Of a stretch of DNA of 64,000 nucleotides, positions 9,593 to 20,272 are shown one piece after another; positions within the stretch are counted from its first letter, which is position 1; the number at the start of each line of letters is the position of its first letter. The notes below the pieces were generated by a model. It saw only the letters and a program-made list of their open reading frames with translations, was not told the origin of the DNA and ran no database searches. Both the position numbers and the translations under genes were made by a program. The DNA is from an uncultured Verrucomicrobiae bacterium. Lineage in GTDB: Bacteria > Verrucomicrobiota > Verrucomicrobiia > Opitutales > JABDGR01. The stretch covers positions 1,435,936 to 1,499,935 of the forward strand of contig CAVXVB010000009.1 in the NCBI GenBank assembly GCA_963765205.1, in the 5' to 3' direction.

Positions 9593-11545
9593 TCAGCGTA
9601 ATGCCGGACGAGGCGCGGAGCGCGGATCCTGTCCCCGCGGGACAATCCAGACGACCCAAGTCAAGGTGGTCGGAGCGTTGACCACAGCCGTGCAAGAAGC
9701 GCAGGTCGCCGCCACGCGTTCGTTGAAAATTGGGCTATACCAACCTTGGGGCGTGGGCGTTTCGCGGCCGCGAATTAAATCCACCTGCCACCCGCCGGGC
9801 GGAGTGGTGAGGGCCAGCAGGCCGAGGTTGGCCTGGCCGGGGTCGGCGGTGTAAATCAAATTGCCCTCGTGTTTGACGGTGCAATCGGGATGGAAATGCC
9901 AGAGGGCCTCCAACGTATGCGGTCCGGCACAAAGCACTTGATCAGTAACAAGCCAATATTGGCCCGGAAGATAGCTCACAGAGCGGGTAACGTAGGCTGG
10001 CCCTTGGCCGCAGAGCGCGTTGCCAACGAACGGCGCGGTGGCCGCGAAAAAATCGCCATCCGCGTTGATGTCATGGCGGACCTTCGCGGGCGTTGTAATC
10101 ATGTCCGGCGGTGGCAGCGTGCCCTGGCCGTCGAGCAGGAGGACGTTGTGGCCGCGCGGGCCGGTGAAATAATCGCGCCAGGGGCCGGGCTGGTAATTAT
10201 AGCGGCCATCGTCCACCAAAAATTCGCGGCCGCCGCCGCCAATGCTCAGATGCAGGCGCTCGGCGTGCTGGTGGTCGGAACCGCGCGGTCCTATTTCGAA
10301 ATACGCCCACTGGGCATCCGCCCCCCAGCCACTGCGCATAACGGCGAGGCCGGCATCGGGAAAATAATCCGTCGGCGGCCCGGAGGGCACGGCGCCCTCG
10401 CGACCCTGGGTGGCGATATACAGCCAGTCTGGCCGATGGTAAACAGCGGCCATCTGCCGCACGAGCGCGGCGTCGTCATCCACGCTCGAGTCGTTGTTGA
10501 GCGGGCCGTGGCCGCGGGGATCGAGCGTGTGGGCGAAGTAATTCCAGGCGCTTTCCAGCCGCGGACGCAAAGCAGCGAGTTCTTGATCGCGGCCAGCGGC
10601 AGCCAGCAAGTCAGCCAGGCGCTGCAATTCCAGCAGGACGACGCGTTGGTATAAATTGGAGAGTTCCGATTCCGCGCCGTCGGGGTAAATCTCGCGCGCG
10701 GCTTCAGCCTGGGCCTGGGCAATGGCATAGTCCAGCCAGCGCGGCGCGTCTTTGAATTCGGGAAAAGCGAGCGCGAGGGCGGCGAGGCCGGTCATTTCGG
10801 TGATGAGGTGGTTGCCGGAAAACGAATGGGTGTAGCGCAGCGCGGCGGCGTGGTCGGGCACGTCGGCGAGCAGGCCGAGCAGCACGTCGTCGTCGAGCGC
10901 GGCACTAGCGTCCGGCGAAAACAGCACGGGCATCCAGGCGTCCTCGAGGCGACGCGCCACTTCGAGCGCACGCCAAGCGGGGGAGATACTGTAATACGCC
11001 GGACGAGGGCTTTGCCGGAGCCAGTCGCGCAGTTGGGCGTTGAGGGCCGAGCGGTAGCGGGCGTCCTTGGTTTTGCGCCAGGCAACAAAAAGCGCGGGAA
11101 TCTGGTGCTGGCGGTTGAGGAACCAAGCGAATTCGGGGTCGTCGTTGGGCCCGCGCCATGTCCAATCGAAGCCGCCATCGGCCCTGCGCGGGACAGTGCC
11201 AGTGACACCCTGCATCGTGAAAACGCCTGACAGTGCGGCGTCAGCCTCCTGGCGCGTGGCGGCGTCCCACGGGGGTAAAGCAACTAGAAACGCGGAAAGG
11301 GAGGAGTTGAGCCGGTCTTGAAAAATTTTCAGCAATCCGCGCGCGTCAGCACTGGCAGTGTCTTTTGACCGGGCGGTGAGGAACTGCTCGATTTGCGGGT
11401 CGGCTGGGTTGAGCGCGGAATATAATTTTCCGGCGGGGTTCGCAGACACGGCTGGGCTGAAGGCGTGCGCCGCCAGCGCCAGCAACGCCCCGGCCACGAT
11501 GGCTGCCAGCGCCCAAACCGCTTGTTTGAGGCCAAGCTTAGGCAT
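9593..11545 (-). CDS. Heparinase II/III family exported polysaccharide lyase
   Basis: WFLNR, WRALEVARR, NHLITE, YPDGAESE, VMRSGW, HQHAE, HNVLLLDG; N-terminal signal; ATG at 11545. Confidence 0.85.
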   Translation of the reverse strand: MPKLGLKQAVWALAAIVAGALLALAAHAFSPAVSANPAGKLYSALNPADPQIEQFLTARSKDTASADARGLLKIFQDRLNSSLSAFLVALPPWDAATRQEADAALSGVFTMQGVTGTVPRRADGGFDWTWRGPNDDPEFAWFLNRQHQIPALFVAWRKTKDARYRSALNAQLRDWLRQSPRPAYYSISPAWRALEVARRLEDAWMPVLFSPDASAALDDDVLLGLLADVPDHAAALRYTHSFSGNHLITEMTGLAALALAFPEFKDAPRWLDYAIAQAQAEAAREIYPDGAESELSNLYQRVVLLELQRLADLLAAAGRDQELAALRPRLESAWNYFAHTLDPRGHGPLNNDSSVDDDAALVRQMAAVYHRPDWLYIATQGREGAVPSGPPTDYFPDAGLAVMRSGWGADAQWAYFEIGPRGSDHQHAERLHLSIGGGGREFLVDDGRYNYQPGPWRDYFTGPRGHNVLLLDGQGTLPPPDMITTPAKVRHDINADGDFFAATAPFVGNALCGQGPAYVTRSVSYLPGQYWLVTDQVLCAGPHTLEALWHFHPDCTVKHEGNLIYTADPGQANLGLLALTTPPGGWQVDLIRGRETPTPQGWYSPIFNERVAATCASCTAVVNAPTTLTWVVWIVPRGQDPRSAPRPALR

Positions 11546-11795
11546 CGTTTTTAGGATCGAGACCACGCGCGAGCCAGCGCCCGAGCGGGCGCGCGAAAAA
11601 CAGCAGGCCCACGCCAAGGCCGATGGCCAGAAGGGGCCGCACGGCTTGGGATTGCAGGTAATATCCGGCAAAGGACGGGTTGAATTCCGTAGCCGACTCG
11701 ACGACGTTGACCGCGAGCATCCACAGCCCGGCCACCAGCCAAACCAGTCCCAGCAAGCGCACCGCAAGCACCGCGGCAGAGGTATATTTGCCCAT
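11538..11795 (-). CDS. Small 2-TM membrane protein
   Basis: MGKYTSAAVLAV...; two hydrophobic segments; overlaps the start of the lyase gene. Confidence 0.65.
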   Translation of the reverse strand: MGKYTSAAVLAVRLLGLVWLVAGLWMLAVNVVESATEFNPSFAGYYLQSQAVRPLLAIGLGVGLLFFARPLGRWLARGLDPKNDA

Positions 11796-11849
11796 GCAGG
11801 GAGTTTGCACCCGCCGGGCGGAAACGCAAGGTTGGGTTGTGGGAGAGGG

Positions 11850-11946
11850 TTGCAAGTTGCAAGCTTTTGGGGCGCGGGTTTAGGTTTGCGGAAAGCCAAA
11901 CTTGTGGTTTTGTATAACTTGCAACTTTCAACCCGCAACCTTCAAC
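11850..11946. repeat. Inverted heptamer repeat blocks
   Basis: ttgcaag x2 versus cttgcaa/ctttcaa/cccgcaa/ccttcaa. Confidence 0.55.
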
Positions 11947-11953
11947 CCGTTTT

Positions 11954-12295
11954 ATGGCCTTCATCGTCACCGCCGCCTGCGTGGATTGCAAATACACCTC
12001 CTGCGTGCCCGTCTGCCCGGTCGAGGCGTTCCACGAGGCGCCCGACCGGGTGTATATCAACCCAGAGACGTGCATTGACTGCAATGCCTGCGTCTCGGAA
12101 TGCCCGGTGAACGCGATTTACGCCGAGCGCGAGGTGCCGGATAATATGCAGGAATGGATCAAGCTCAACGCCGACGAGGCCGCCAAGCACCCCCTCATCA
12201 CCGGCACGCACGAGCCGCTGAAAGGACCGAAGTGCGTGGACCGAATGCGGGGTGAGAGAAAGAGGGACAAAGGGACTGAGGCACCAAGGCACTGA
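11954..12295 (+). CDS. fdxA: Dicluster (7Fe/8Fe) ferredoxin
   Basis: CVDCKYTSCVPVCPV and CIDCNACVSECPV. Confidence 0.9.
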   Translation: MAFIVTAACVDCKYTSCVPVCPVEAFHEAPDRVYINPETCIDCNACVSECPVNAIYAEREVPDNMQEWIKLNADEAAKHPLITGTHEPLKGPKCVDRMRGERKRDKGTEAPRH

Positions 12296-12392
12296 GAAAA
12301 TGTTTGCGCCGGGCACCCTTCTGTATCCACATTCATTAAGCAACGCGGTGGATTTACTCCTTTGTTCCTTTGTGCCTCAGTCACTTTGTCCC
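12263..12392. repeat. Inverted octamer repeat blocks
   Basis: gggacaaa/gggactga/ggcaccaa/ggcactga versus ctttgttc/ctttgtgc/ctcagtca/ctttgtcc. Confidence 0.6.
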
Positions 12393-12406
12393 TTGCCCCC
12401 CTCCCC

Positions 12407-13467
12407 ATGCTCGCCGTCGCCTCCTCTGGAACCTTGCTGGGCATCCATGCCCATGCGGTGCAAGTCGAGGTTAACACCGGCGAGGAAGGCAAGCCGGAGA
12501 CGGTGCTCGTCGGCTTACCGGACGCGGCGGTGAAGGAATCGGTGAACCGCGTGTGGTCGGCGCTGCACAACTGCGGGTTTCGCGCGCCGGCGACCAAGAC
12601 GACCATCAACCTCGCGCCCGGCGATTTGCGCAAGGAGGGGCCGCTGTTTGACTTGCCGATGGCGCTGTCGGTGCTCGCCGCGACGGGGCAACTGGCGCCG
12701 GAGAGTTTGCAGCCCTACCTCATCGCCGGGGAACTGAGCCTGTCGGGCGGAACGCGGCCGGTGGTGGGCGGGCTGGCGCTGGCGCTGCTTGCGCGGCAAC
12801 TGGGCAAAGCGGGTGTGCTGCTGCCCGCCGCCACCGCCGAGGAGGCCGCGCTGGTGGACAAGGTGCCCGTCCACGCCGTTGCGTCGCTCGACGAAGCGGT
12901 GCGGTTTTTGAACGGTGAAAAATTCTTGCCGCGGCTCGACCCCGCCGCCAGCCCGTTTCGCCGCCCGCCGGACACGCGGCACTCGGTGGATTTCTCGGAA
13001 GTCAAAGGCCAACACGCCCTGCGCCGGGCCGTCGAAGTGGCCGTCGCCGGCGGACACAATTTGCTGATGGTCGGCAGCCCCGGCTCGGGCAAAAGCATGA
13101 TCGCGAAACGCATCCCCACCATCATGCCGGAGCCGACGCTCGACGAATACTTGGAACTGCTCGCCATCCAGTCGGCGGCGGGCGCGTCGCTCGCGCCGGA
13201 GAACCGGTGCTTCCAGCGGCCGTTCCGCGCGCCGCACCACACCATCAGCGATGTCGGGCTGCTCGGCGGCGGGGCGATTCCCGGCCCCGGCGAAATTTCC
13301 CTCGCCCACAACGGCGTGCTGTTCATGGACGAGTTGCCCGAGTTCAAACGCTCGACCCTCGAAGTGCTGCGCCAGCCACTCGAAGACGGCGAAGTGAGCA
13401 TCTCGCGCGCGGCGGGCAAAATCACCCTCCCCTGCGCCTTCATGCTCGTCGCGGCGATGAACCCCTG
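12407..13467 (+). pseudogene. comM: ComM/YifB Mg-chelatase-like ATPase, N-terminal 353 codons, interrupted by the integrated element
   Basis: [54 protein letters not shown]; stops at LVAAMNP. Confidence 0.97.
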
Positions 13468-14957
13468 AGGTTGCGTTGACCTTTTGTCAGTTCTTCAAAG
13501 GAAGGTAAGTGCTTGAGGTTCACCGTGATCTCGTCGGTGCCGACAACGATGTTGTCGGTAATGCTTTCAACAATACGGCGTTTAACTTCTCTCTCCAATT
13601 GAGGCCAACGGGTATAGACGTTTGTCGCTTCTTGGAGCACTTCATCGGCAGACAGGTTGTTGACCTTGTGGTGGGTAATCTCGGCTTCCAGTTTAAGCAC
13701 CTCGTCCTCTTGTTGCTTTTTCCTTTCGGCAAGGGGTTTGTGGAATTCCCCGAATTGGTCACTGGTGAGCTTTTCCTCAACATAGAGGCGGTATACCCGG
13801 TCGATTTCCTTTTGGGTATTTTGCTTCTCTTGAAGCTTGCCTTGGAGGGTGTCCTCTAGCCTTGAAAGCGATTCATTTGCATGGGCAAGGGCTTGCTCGA
13901 CACGCTCGCGGGAGGTGAAGAGTCCTTTGAGTTCGCCTACATAGACCGACTCAAGATCGTCAGCCGGGATTTTGTTCCGGCATTTTTGGCAGGTGTATTT
14001 GACGGTGTCCCCAGGAATATACATCTTCTGGCCGCAGGCGCAGAACACTAGACCCCCAAAGATTTGCACAGCCTTTCTTGTCGGACGTTTCCGCTTGCCT
14101 TCCCCATACCCCAAGAGGTCGTTGCACTGTTGCCAAAGTTCAGGGGAAATAATCGGCTCCACATCGGCATATTCCCATTCACTTTCGGGCTTGAAGTCCC
14201 ACCCCATTTTGACGCCACGCGACTTTGAATAATTGAGCCGATGCTTGCCCTTTGCCGTCGGGTCAGCAAGGAGTCGGCCTACGGTGGTATCGGAAAACTT
14301 TGAGCCGTTGCGAGTGCGAAACCCGGCAGTGTTCAAAAGTTTCGCTACCGTCAACTTTCGCTTGTGTTCAAGAAAAAGCTCATACATGCGCTTACGCACG
14401 CGGGCTTCATCAGGATGTAAGACGAGTTTTTTATTTTTAAGCTCGTAGCCAAAGGGCGCTTGCCCGCCGAGGTGCTTGCCCATCTTGGCGCGGACAACGA
14501 CGGAGACGGCAACACGATCAGCGATTTCCTCTCTCTCCCACGTCGCCGTCGCCGCGATCATGGTATAGAAAAGGCGACCGGATGGAGTTGAGGTATCAAT
14601 GGATTCTTGAAGTGAAATGAGGTCAGCGTTGGCATCGCGGAAGTAGTCCGCGAAGTTGAGCAGTTGCCGGGTATCGCGGGCAAGCCGGGCGAGCTTGGAG
14701 AAAATGAGGCCGGTAATATGCCCCCGCTTAACGTCGGCAAGCATCCGCTTTGTTTCCGGGTGGTCAGTGACAGAAGCACCGCTCACACCTTCCAAGTGAT
14801 AGACCTCTTTTATATTCCAGCCCTTGGCCTCAGCGTAATAGCGGGCACGCTGTTCATGGTGTTCTGGGCTTTCGCCCTTGGCTTGATCATCGGTTGAAAC
14901 CCGAATCCAAACCCCTACCGCTTTCGTGCCGTTTCCTTCATGGATGATTTTTTTCAT
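13440..14957 (-). CDS. Large serine recombinase; ORF runs through attL, last 8 aa (RGSSPRRA) read from antisense comM
   Basis: WIRVST catalytic Ser, [13 protein letters not shown], zinc ribbon CACG...CQKC, coiled coil. Confidence 0.95.
   Translation of the reverse strand: MKKIIHEGNGTKAVGVWIRVSTDDQAKGESPEHHEQRARYYAEAKGWNIKEVYHLEGVSGASVTDHPETKRMLADVKRGHITGLIFSKLARLARDTRQLLNFADYFRDANADLISLQESIDTSTPSGRLFYTMIAATATWEREEIADRVAVSVVVRAKMGKHLGGQAPFGYELKNKKLVLHPDEARVRKRMYELFLEHKRKLTVAKLLNTAGFRTRNGSKFSDTTVGRLLADPTAKGKHRLNYSKSRGVKMGWDFKPESEWEYADVEPIISPELWQQCNDLLGYGEGKRKRPTRKAVQIFGGLVFCACGQKMYIPGDTVKYTCQKCRNKIPADDLESVYVGELKGLFTSRERVEQALAHANESLSRLEDTLQGKLQEKQNTQKEIDRVYRLYVEEKLTSDQFGEFHKPLAERKKQQEDEVLKLEAEITHHKVNNLSADEVLQEATNVYTRWPQLEREVKRRIVESITDNIVVGTDEITVNLKHLPSFEELTKGQRNLRGSSPRRA
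13466..13485. other. attL: crossover TG (13466-67) + AGGTTG + arm CGTTGACCTTTT
   Basis: comM homology ends at TG; the arm is the exact reverse complement of 52657-52668. Confidence 0.9.
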
Positions 14958-15199
14958 TCCCTGAAAAAAGGGTTTTTTACCCCGGCAGTCAACACATCAT
15001 TTCATTATGTTGCGTTGCTAACTTTAGAACACTGCTTGCCTTTTCCTGCGACGAGCTTTGTGTGCCCATTCTCGGAAAAGGCCCCAGACGGGTCAAGCTA
15101 TGTAGCCAATCACTACGCCTGGCATAATTGATTGTGCTTGCAAGCTCACCCGCCGCTCACTTGAAGTAATCCTATTGGCGGGTTAAAATTAAACGAAAT

Positions 15200-16123
15200 A
15201 TGAAAAGTTTCTACCGCGTCATGTTGGGGCAACAAAGTGTTCATGCCGCAGAGTGTTTCGCCGGCAACTTCATTGGAACCGATTTCGGCATCATCCAAGA
15301 TCTCTCTCCCAAGCTGCCAGAGGACTGGCGGGCGTTTAACAAGGAGTTCATTCCTATTTACCTGTCCTCGCATCCCGATAAAACTAGGATCGGTGCGGGA
15401 CTGGCCTGCGGCGCTTTGTGGACGGTTTCCAAAGGGATTCAGAAAGGCGACATTGTTCTGTGTCCCGACGGGTCGGGCAAGTATCGAGTAGGTGAAGTTA
15501 CAGGTGATTACTACTTTGAACCGGGCAAGATTTTATTCCATCGGCGGCCTGTTACTTGGCTAAATATGACCATAGACAGGGCCAGCATGAGCGAAGCATT
15601 GCAAAACTCTACTGGGGCAATCGGCACGGTCAGCAACATCACAAAATATCGCGATGAAATTGAGAAGTTAATCGGAGGCGTTTCTGCCCCAAAACTCATT
15701 TCCACAGATGCAACCATTGAAGACCCATCCGCCTTTGCTTTGGAGGAACATTTGGAGGATTTTTTGGTAAAAAACTGGCCACATACCGAACTAGGTAAAG
15801 ATTATGACATTTACGAAGAGGACGGCGAAAAAGCCCAACAATACAAAACCGATACCGGCCCCCTAGATATTCTGGCCATCAGCAAAGACAAAAAACGCCT
15901 GCTCGTAGTGGAGTTGAAGAAAGGCCGGGCAAGCGATACCGTAGTTGGTCAGACACTCCGATACATGAGTTATGTTCAAGAAGAACTGGCCGAAGAGGGC
16001 CAGACAGTTATGGGTATAATCATTGCCTATGAGGATGACAAAAAAATCCGACGCGCCCTAACAATGACGCCCAATATTGTCTATTATCGCTACCAAGTCA
16101 GTTTCAAATTAACAAAGGGCTGA
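15200..16123 (+). CDS. NucS/DUF91-like PD-(D/E)XK endonuclease domain protein
   Basis: LEEHLEDFLVKNW, GPLDILA...VVELKKG...VGQTLRYM. Confidence 0.8.
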   Translation: MKSFYRVMLGQQSVHAAECFAGNFIGTDFGIIQDLSPKLPEDWRAFNKEFIPIYLSSHPDKTRIGAGLACGALWTVSKGIQKGDIVLCPDGSGKYRVGEVTGDYYFEPGKILFHRRPVTWLNMTIDRASMSEALQNSTGAIGTVSNITKYRDEIEKLIGGVSAPKLISTDATIEDPSAFALEEHLEDFLVKNWPHTELGKDYDIYEEDGEKAQQYKTDTGPLDILAISKDKKRLLVVELKKGRASDTVVGQTLRYMSYVQEELAEEGQTVMGIIIAYEDDKKIRRALTMTPNIVYYRYQVSFKLTKG

Positions 16124-16224
16124 ATTGAATGGCATCGGCAAAAGTAAACACTCGGTAGCCCGGCAACCCTAAAAAAAATTGTGATTGCATCTAAAACATC
16201 AAGTTCCATAGCGTTTAGCTTGTT

Positions 16225-16413
16225 ATGCCAAAGAAAACAAAAAAAGCTGACGCCACAGGTCGAGACGACGAAATGTCGCAGATTTCCATCTCGTTGCCTA
16301 AATACCTTATTGACCAAATTGACACCATGGCAAATGCCGAGAATCGAAATCGTTCCAACTTTATATCGAACGAAATGAGAAAGCTTGTGGCAAGTTCCAC
16401 CTATTTTTTTTGA
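16225..16413 (+). CDS. Ribbon-helix-helix (CopG-like) protein
   Basis: QISISLPKYLIDQIDTMANAENRNRSNFI. Confidence 0.7.
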   Translation: MPKKTKKADATGRDDEMSQISISLPKYLIDQIDTMANAENRNRSNFISNEMRKLVASSTYFF

Positions 16414-19400
16414 GCTTTGCTCTGGGCTGATTTTACAATGGCTTGAGCGATTGTCCGCTCCGCTTCTTCGCGCTCGGAAACGCTCAGTGCCCGATAGTTT
16501 ACCTTCACTTTGTAACCCTTGGAAGACCGCTCTCCGCTCGCTTCCTTTGCTTCGATTTCTTGCACAAAGGTAAAGAGTTCTTCCGGGGTGCAGAAACGGG
16601 TCCGGTCTTGTTCCTCACGCGAAAGCCCCTTTGAAACGGCACGCTTCATTTTCTCGACTCGTTCCGTTTCAGAGCAGATGAGAAATACATATTGAAACCC
16701 GGCGCTGACGCATTTCTTGACGTTGCCGATTTCTTGATCGGCTGGCGTCGTTATTGAAATCTCACACGCAATTGTCCGCGCACCTTTTTCTAAAGCGACA
16801 TCAATGCTCCCCGAACCATTAAGCACCTGTTTTTCGATTGTTGCACGGTATCCCATCCCCTCGGCCCATTGCTTGATAAGCGACTGAATTTGTTTGTGCA
16901 CTTGGCCACCCCGCCCAGGTGATGCCGGTTCCTGTTTTACGACGGGTGGTTCAACCACAGGCGCAGGCGCAACTTTTGTTTCAATTTCAGGCGACGCAAG
17001 CGGTGTAAAAACTGGTTTTGGCGGAGGCGGAATAGGTTTTACCGGAGCAACGGGAGGCGGAGGCGCCTTCTCCGTATGAACTTTTTGCCCATCATTCAGC
17101 ATGGCCTCAATTTGTGCTCGTGGCGTGGCATACTTTGCCCGTGAAGCCGCGATCACTTCCCGCCGCCGTGTTGCTGCTTCCGTGTCAATCGGATAGACCG
17201 CATTCGGAACCGAGAGGTTGAAATCAAAATCGCTTCGTTCGACTCGACAGATAGCAGAACCTGTCCCGAGGTTTTGCAGATCGCGTGCCTCAAAAGAGGT
17301 GAAGCCGTTTTCCAAAGCCCGTGCATCTTGATCGCCAACGCGGAAGCATACACGGGTATAACTATTGGAAACGACGGCGCTGGCGACCTCACGATCACGC
17401 TCTAACTGCCTCAAATCCTGATGCGCGAGAACAAGGCCCAGCCGGTATTTTCTCGCGCCGGAAAGAATTTCCGCCATTGAGGGCGTGATAAAATTATGGA
17501 ATTCGTCAATATAGAGGTAGAAGTCGCGCCGTTGCGCTTCTTCTTGCGCCTGGCGACTCATTGCCAGTTGTTGTAGTTTGGAGACCAGAAGCGTGCCGAG
17601 GAGATACGAGTTTTCCTTGCCAATGGCTCCTTGAGAAAGCTTTGCCAAAAATATTTTCCCGCCATCAAGTATTTGAGCGAAATCCAGTTTGTTTTCTGTT
17701 TGCGACACCATGTAGCGGATAGATTTTGGCGTGAGAAAAGTTTCCAGCCGGGTAAGAACCGGGCCGATTGATTTGTTTCCCGACAAAACCGGGAACCCCT
17801 TGCGCCAGTAATACACGACCCCAGGGTCACGGACAGTTGCGAGGAATGATTCACGAAATGCCGGTTCCAAAAGAAAACGCCGAAGGTCAGAAAGCGAACC
17901 GCCCTTATCGCTTTCAAGAAATGCGAGTATGGCATTACTCAATACCGACCCCATTTGATCCCCCCATGACTTTGAGAGCCGTTCAAAAACCGAGACCAAG
18001 TCCGAAGCCAACAGCGTCTTTTCCAATTCAGAGTGCGCGTGGAGGATATTGAACCCGACCGGAAACTCTAAGTCCGAAGGATCGAGCAACACCACATCGT
18101 CAATCCTTTCCGGCGGAATAATGCCAAGAATGCGGTCAACCAAGTCACCGTGCGGATCAAGCAGCGCGACTCCCCTTCCACTTTCAATGTCCTGACGTAT
18201 GCAGTTGAAAAATAGCGTGCTTTTTCCGGTGCCACTTGCGCCTATGATATGCACATGGCGCATCCTTTGTTCAGGAGTGAGAACAACCTTCTTTTCAACT
18301 TCCAAGTGAACGTTGCTCCCGAGGACAAGACCTTGATCGTGAAGCACCACAGGGGGGGCCGCTTTGCTCTTTGATGTCTGTCCGCGAAGCTTTGTTGAAT
18401 GCACATCGGCTGACGGCAAATGCACGAGGCTGATAAGCTCATCGGAATTGAGGAGCATTCCCGAACGGTGCGACTCCCGACGCAGCATATCTCCCTCATG
18501 GTCGAGTGAAACGTAACCATCATTTTTTAACGGGATAATATGGTTTCCTTCTGGATTTTCAAACACCCCCAAGGCCCCAATTATGTTCCGGGCGATGTCA
18601 GTCACCCTATCTGGCCTTGAGCTTTTTGCCGCTACTCGCAAAACAGCCGCGTAGAGCAGGCGCGATATTTTCTGTTTGGCCCCGGAAAAGAGCGCAGGCG
18701 CATTCACAAAAAATGCGTCACCGGCCCCATCAGTCACCGATTGAAAAATGCTCTCTGACCACGGATGACGCACTGGCCCAAAGATCACTTGAAATACCCC
18801 CACTTCGCTTTCCCCCAATTCACCGAGCGCCCCAACCAACGGAACAAGCGGGTCCACCTTCCCAAGTGCAAGCGGAAGCATGAATTCCTTTGCCAGTCCG
18901 CACTCGACAATAACCGCTTGAGCTTTGCCAGGCTTTGCCCACGTCTCGCGCAAATGGTTTTCCTTGGGTAAAGTGGCAACGTCAGGAAAGAACGTCGCAA
19001 GTTGTTCGCGCACCAGGGCCACATCAGCCGGATGGACAACCAACTGTGCTGTTATGCGATTGGCATTCCCCACCAATTCAAATGTCACCGGCTCGCGGCA
19101 GGCCGAAACACTTGCCAGAAAATATGAGTAGGCTTCCCGGCTAAACGCCTGGGTTGCAGGCACGAATGTTTGCAGTTCGATCAATCCACCACGCGAAAGG
19201 AAGCGCGGCTCCGATTCATCCTCATTATTTTCTTCGATTGACGCGGGCTGTTTCTCGCCAGTAAGCCGGTCACTTATCCCGCGCAAAAAGGAACCCAACG
19301 CCGACGGCTTTCGACTGTCATCAATAATTTGCGGGGCACCGGCATAATGTCCGGTGAAAGGACGAAAGGCCGGTTCAGGAAAGACCGGCTCACTCCACAA

Positions 19401-19487
19401 CTGCCAGCCCCGCCCGCGCAGTTCCCAGCGCAGGAATTGCTCGGTAAGCTTTTCTTCGATAGACGACATGCGTGCAAGGTAGGCCAC
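16401..19487 (-). CDS. VirD4/TraD-like (HerA-FtsK superfamily) ATPase with a C-terminal PD-(D/E)XK-like domain
   Basis: GASGTGKST, DPHGDL, YIDEFHNF, ARKYRL; Pro-rich linker followed by IDVALE...ACEIS. Confidence 0.85.
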   Translation of the reverse strand: MAYLARMSSIEEKLTEQFLRWELRGRGWQLWSEPVFPEPAFRPFTGHYAGAPQIIDDSRKPSALGSFLRGISDRLTGEKQPASIEENNEDESEPRFLSRGGLIELQTFVPATQAFSREAYSYFLASVSACREPVTFELVGNANRITAQLVVHPADVALVREQLATFFPDVATLPKENHLRETWAKPGKAQAVIVECGLAKEFMLPLALGKVDPLVPLVGALGELGESEVGVFQVIFGPVRHPWSESIFQSVTDGAGDAFFVNAPALFSGAKQKISRLLYAAVLRVAAKSSRPDRVTDIARNIIGALGVFENPEGNHIIPLKNDGYVSLDHEGDMLRRESHRSGMLLNSDELISLVHLPSADVHSTKLRGQTSKSKAAPPVVLHDQGLVLGSNVHLEVEKKVVLTPEQRMRHVHIIGASGTGKSTLFFNCIRQDIESGRGVALLDPHGDLVDRILGIIPPERIDDVVLLDPSDLEFPVGFNILHAHSELEKTLLASDLVSVFERLSKSWGDQMGSVLSNAILAFLESDKGGSLSDLRRFLLEPAFRESFLATVRDPGVVYYWRKGFPVLSGNKSIGPVLTRLETFLTPKSIRYMVSQTENKLDFAQILDGGKIFLAKLSQGAIGKENSYLLGTLLVSKLQQLAMSRQAQEEAQRRDFYLYIDEFHNFITPSMAEILSGARKYRLGLVLAHQDLRQLERDREVASAVVSNSYTRVCFRVGDQDARALENGFTSFEARDLQNLGTGSAICRVERSDFDFNLSVPNAVYPIDTEAATRRREVIAASRAKYATPRAQIEAMLNDGQKVHTEKAPPPPVAPVKPIPPPPKPVFTPLASPEIETKVAPAPVVEPPVVKQEPASPGRGGQVHKQIQSLIKQWAEGMGYRATIEKQVLNGSGSIDVALEKGARTIACEISITTPADQEIGNVKKCVSAGFQYVFLICSETERVEKMKRAVSKGLSREEQDRTRFCTPEELFTFVQEIEAKEASGERSSKGYKVKVNYRALSVSEREEAERTIAQAIVKSAQSKAQKK

Positions 19488-19549
19488 ACCGGCAAAAAAG
19501 GCGCACTTTATCCACGGCTGGATTACGCCTAAATTGTCAGCAGCTACTT

Positions 19550-20239
19550 TTAAGGTTTGTCTTTGCCGTCAGCAGTTACGCCGCCATACCTGAACTGCCC
19601 GAATGCTGCCAGTGCCAGAAAAATAACCGCAAGCCAAAATCCTTCCTTTAAGTCCATTGTGATCATTCCGCCAGCTTGTTGAGCCATCTCGTTCTCCATT
19701 GCGCTTTTGGTAACGAACAATGCCACGACCCCACCAATGCCGAACCCTCCACTGACTAAGCTCGTCGAGCGCCTGCGATTCAGTGCAAGCAGTAAACCGG
19801 CCGTCGTCAGACCGAATGCTACAATCGCCGCCGGGTAATGATATGGCGCAATGTTTAGAGCTTTATCGCCCAAAATCAATTGCTGCCCCGTAAGGCTAAT
19901 GCTCCCAAATGAAGAAAATTCAAAGAAAGGCAGCGTAAAGCTTAGCCCCGCAAGAATAAAGAATACCCAAAACAGCCCTCCAATCTTTTGCATATCCGCC
20001 CCCGAAAGTTTTTCTTTGCCAAGTGACGCGTCAACAACCGGCACGCTTGATGTAGGGGCTGATGTTCCGGCAATTGCAACGACAGTTTTGCACGTCACCC
20101 ACTCGACTGTGTTATCCAAACGCACCGGCGTTTCGTCAGTCAAAATGCCCGCTTGACGCAGTTGTGCAATGGCGGACATCGGGAGTGGGCCGATCTCGCG
20201 ATTTTCGGCGTCCCGATAAAAATAGTTTGGGGTGCTCAT
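19550..20239 (-). CDS. GYF_2/DUF4339-like N-terminal domain membrane protein
   Basis: YFY....EIGPL...LRQAGILTDETPV...EW followed by 4 TM segments. Confidence 0.7.
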   Translation of the reverse strand: MSTPNYFYRDAENREIGPLPMSAIAQLRQAGILTDETPVRLDNTVEWVTCKTVVAIAGTSAPTSSVPVVDASLGKEKLSGADMQKIGGLFWVFFILAGLSFTLPFFEFSSFGSISLTGQQLILGDKALNIAPYHYPAAIVAFGLTTAGLLLALNRRRSTSLVSGGFGIGGVVALFVTKSAMENEMAQQAGGMITMDLKEGFWLAVIFLALAAFGQFRYGGVTADGKDKP

Positions 20240-20272
20240 AGTTTTGGGGTATTTGCATTGCGTTTTTCGACA

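Noticed and set aside
9593..11938. 781-aa version of the lyase ORF
   Set aside because: The upstream extension overlaps a credible membrane gene and repeats; a signal peptide begins at 11545.
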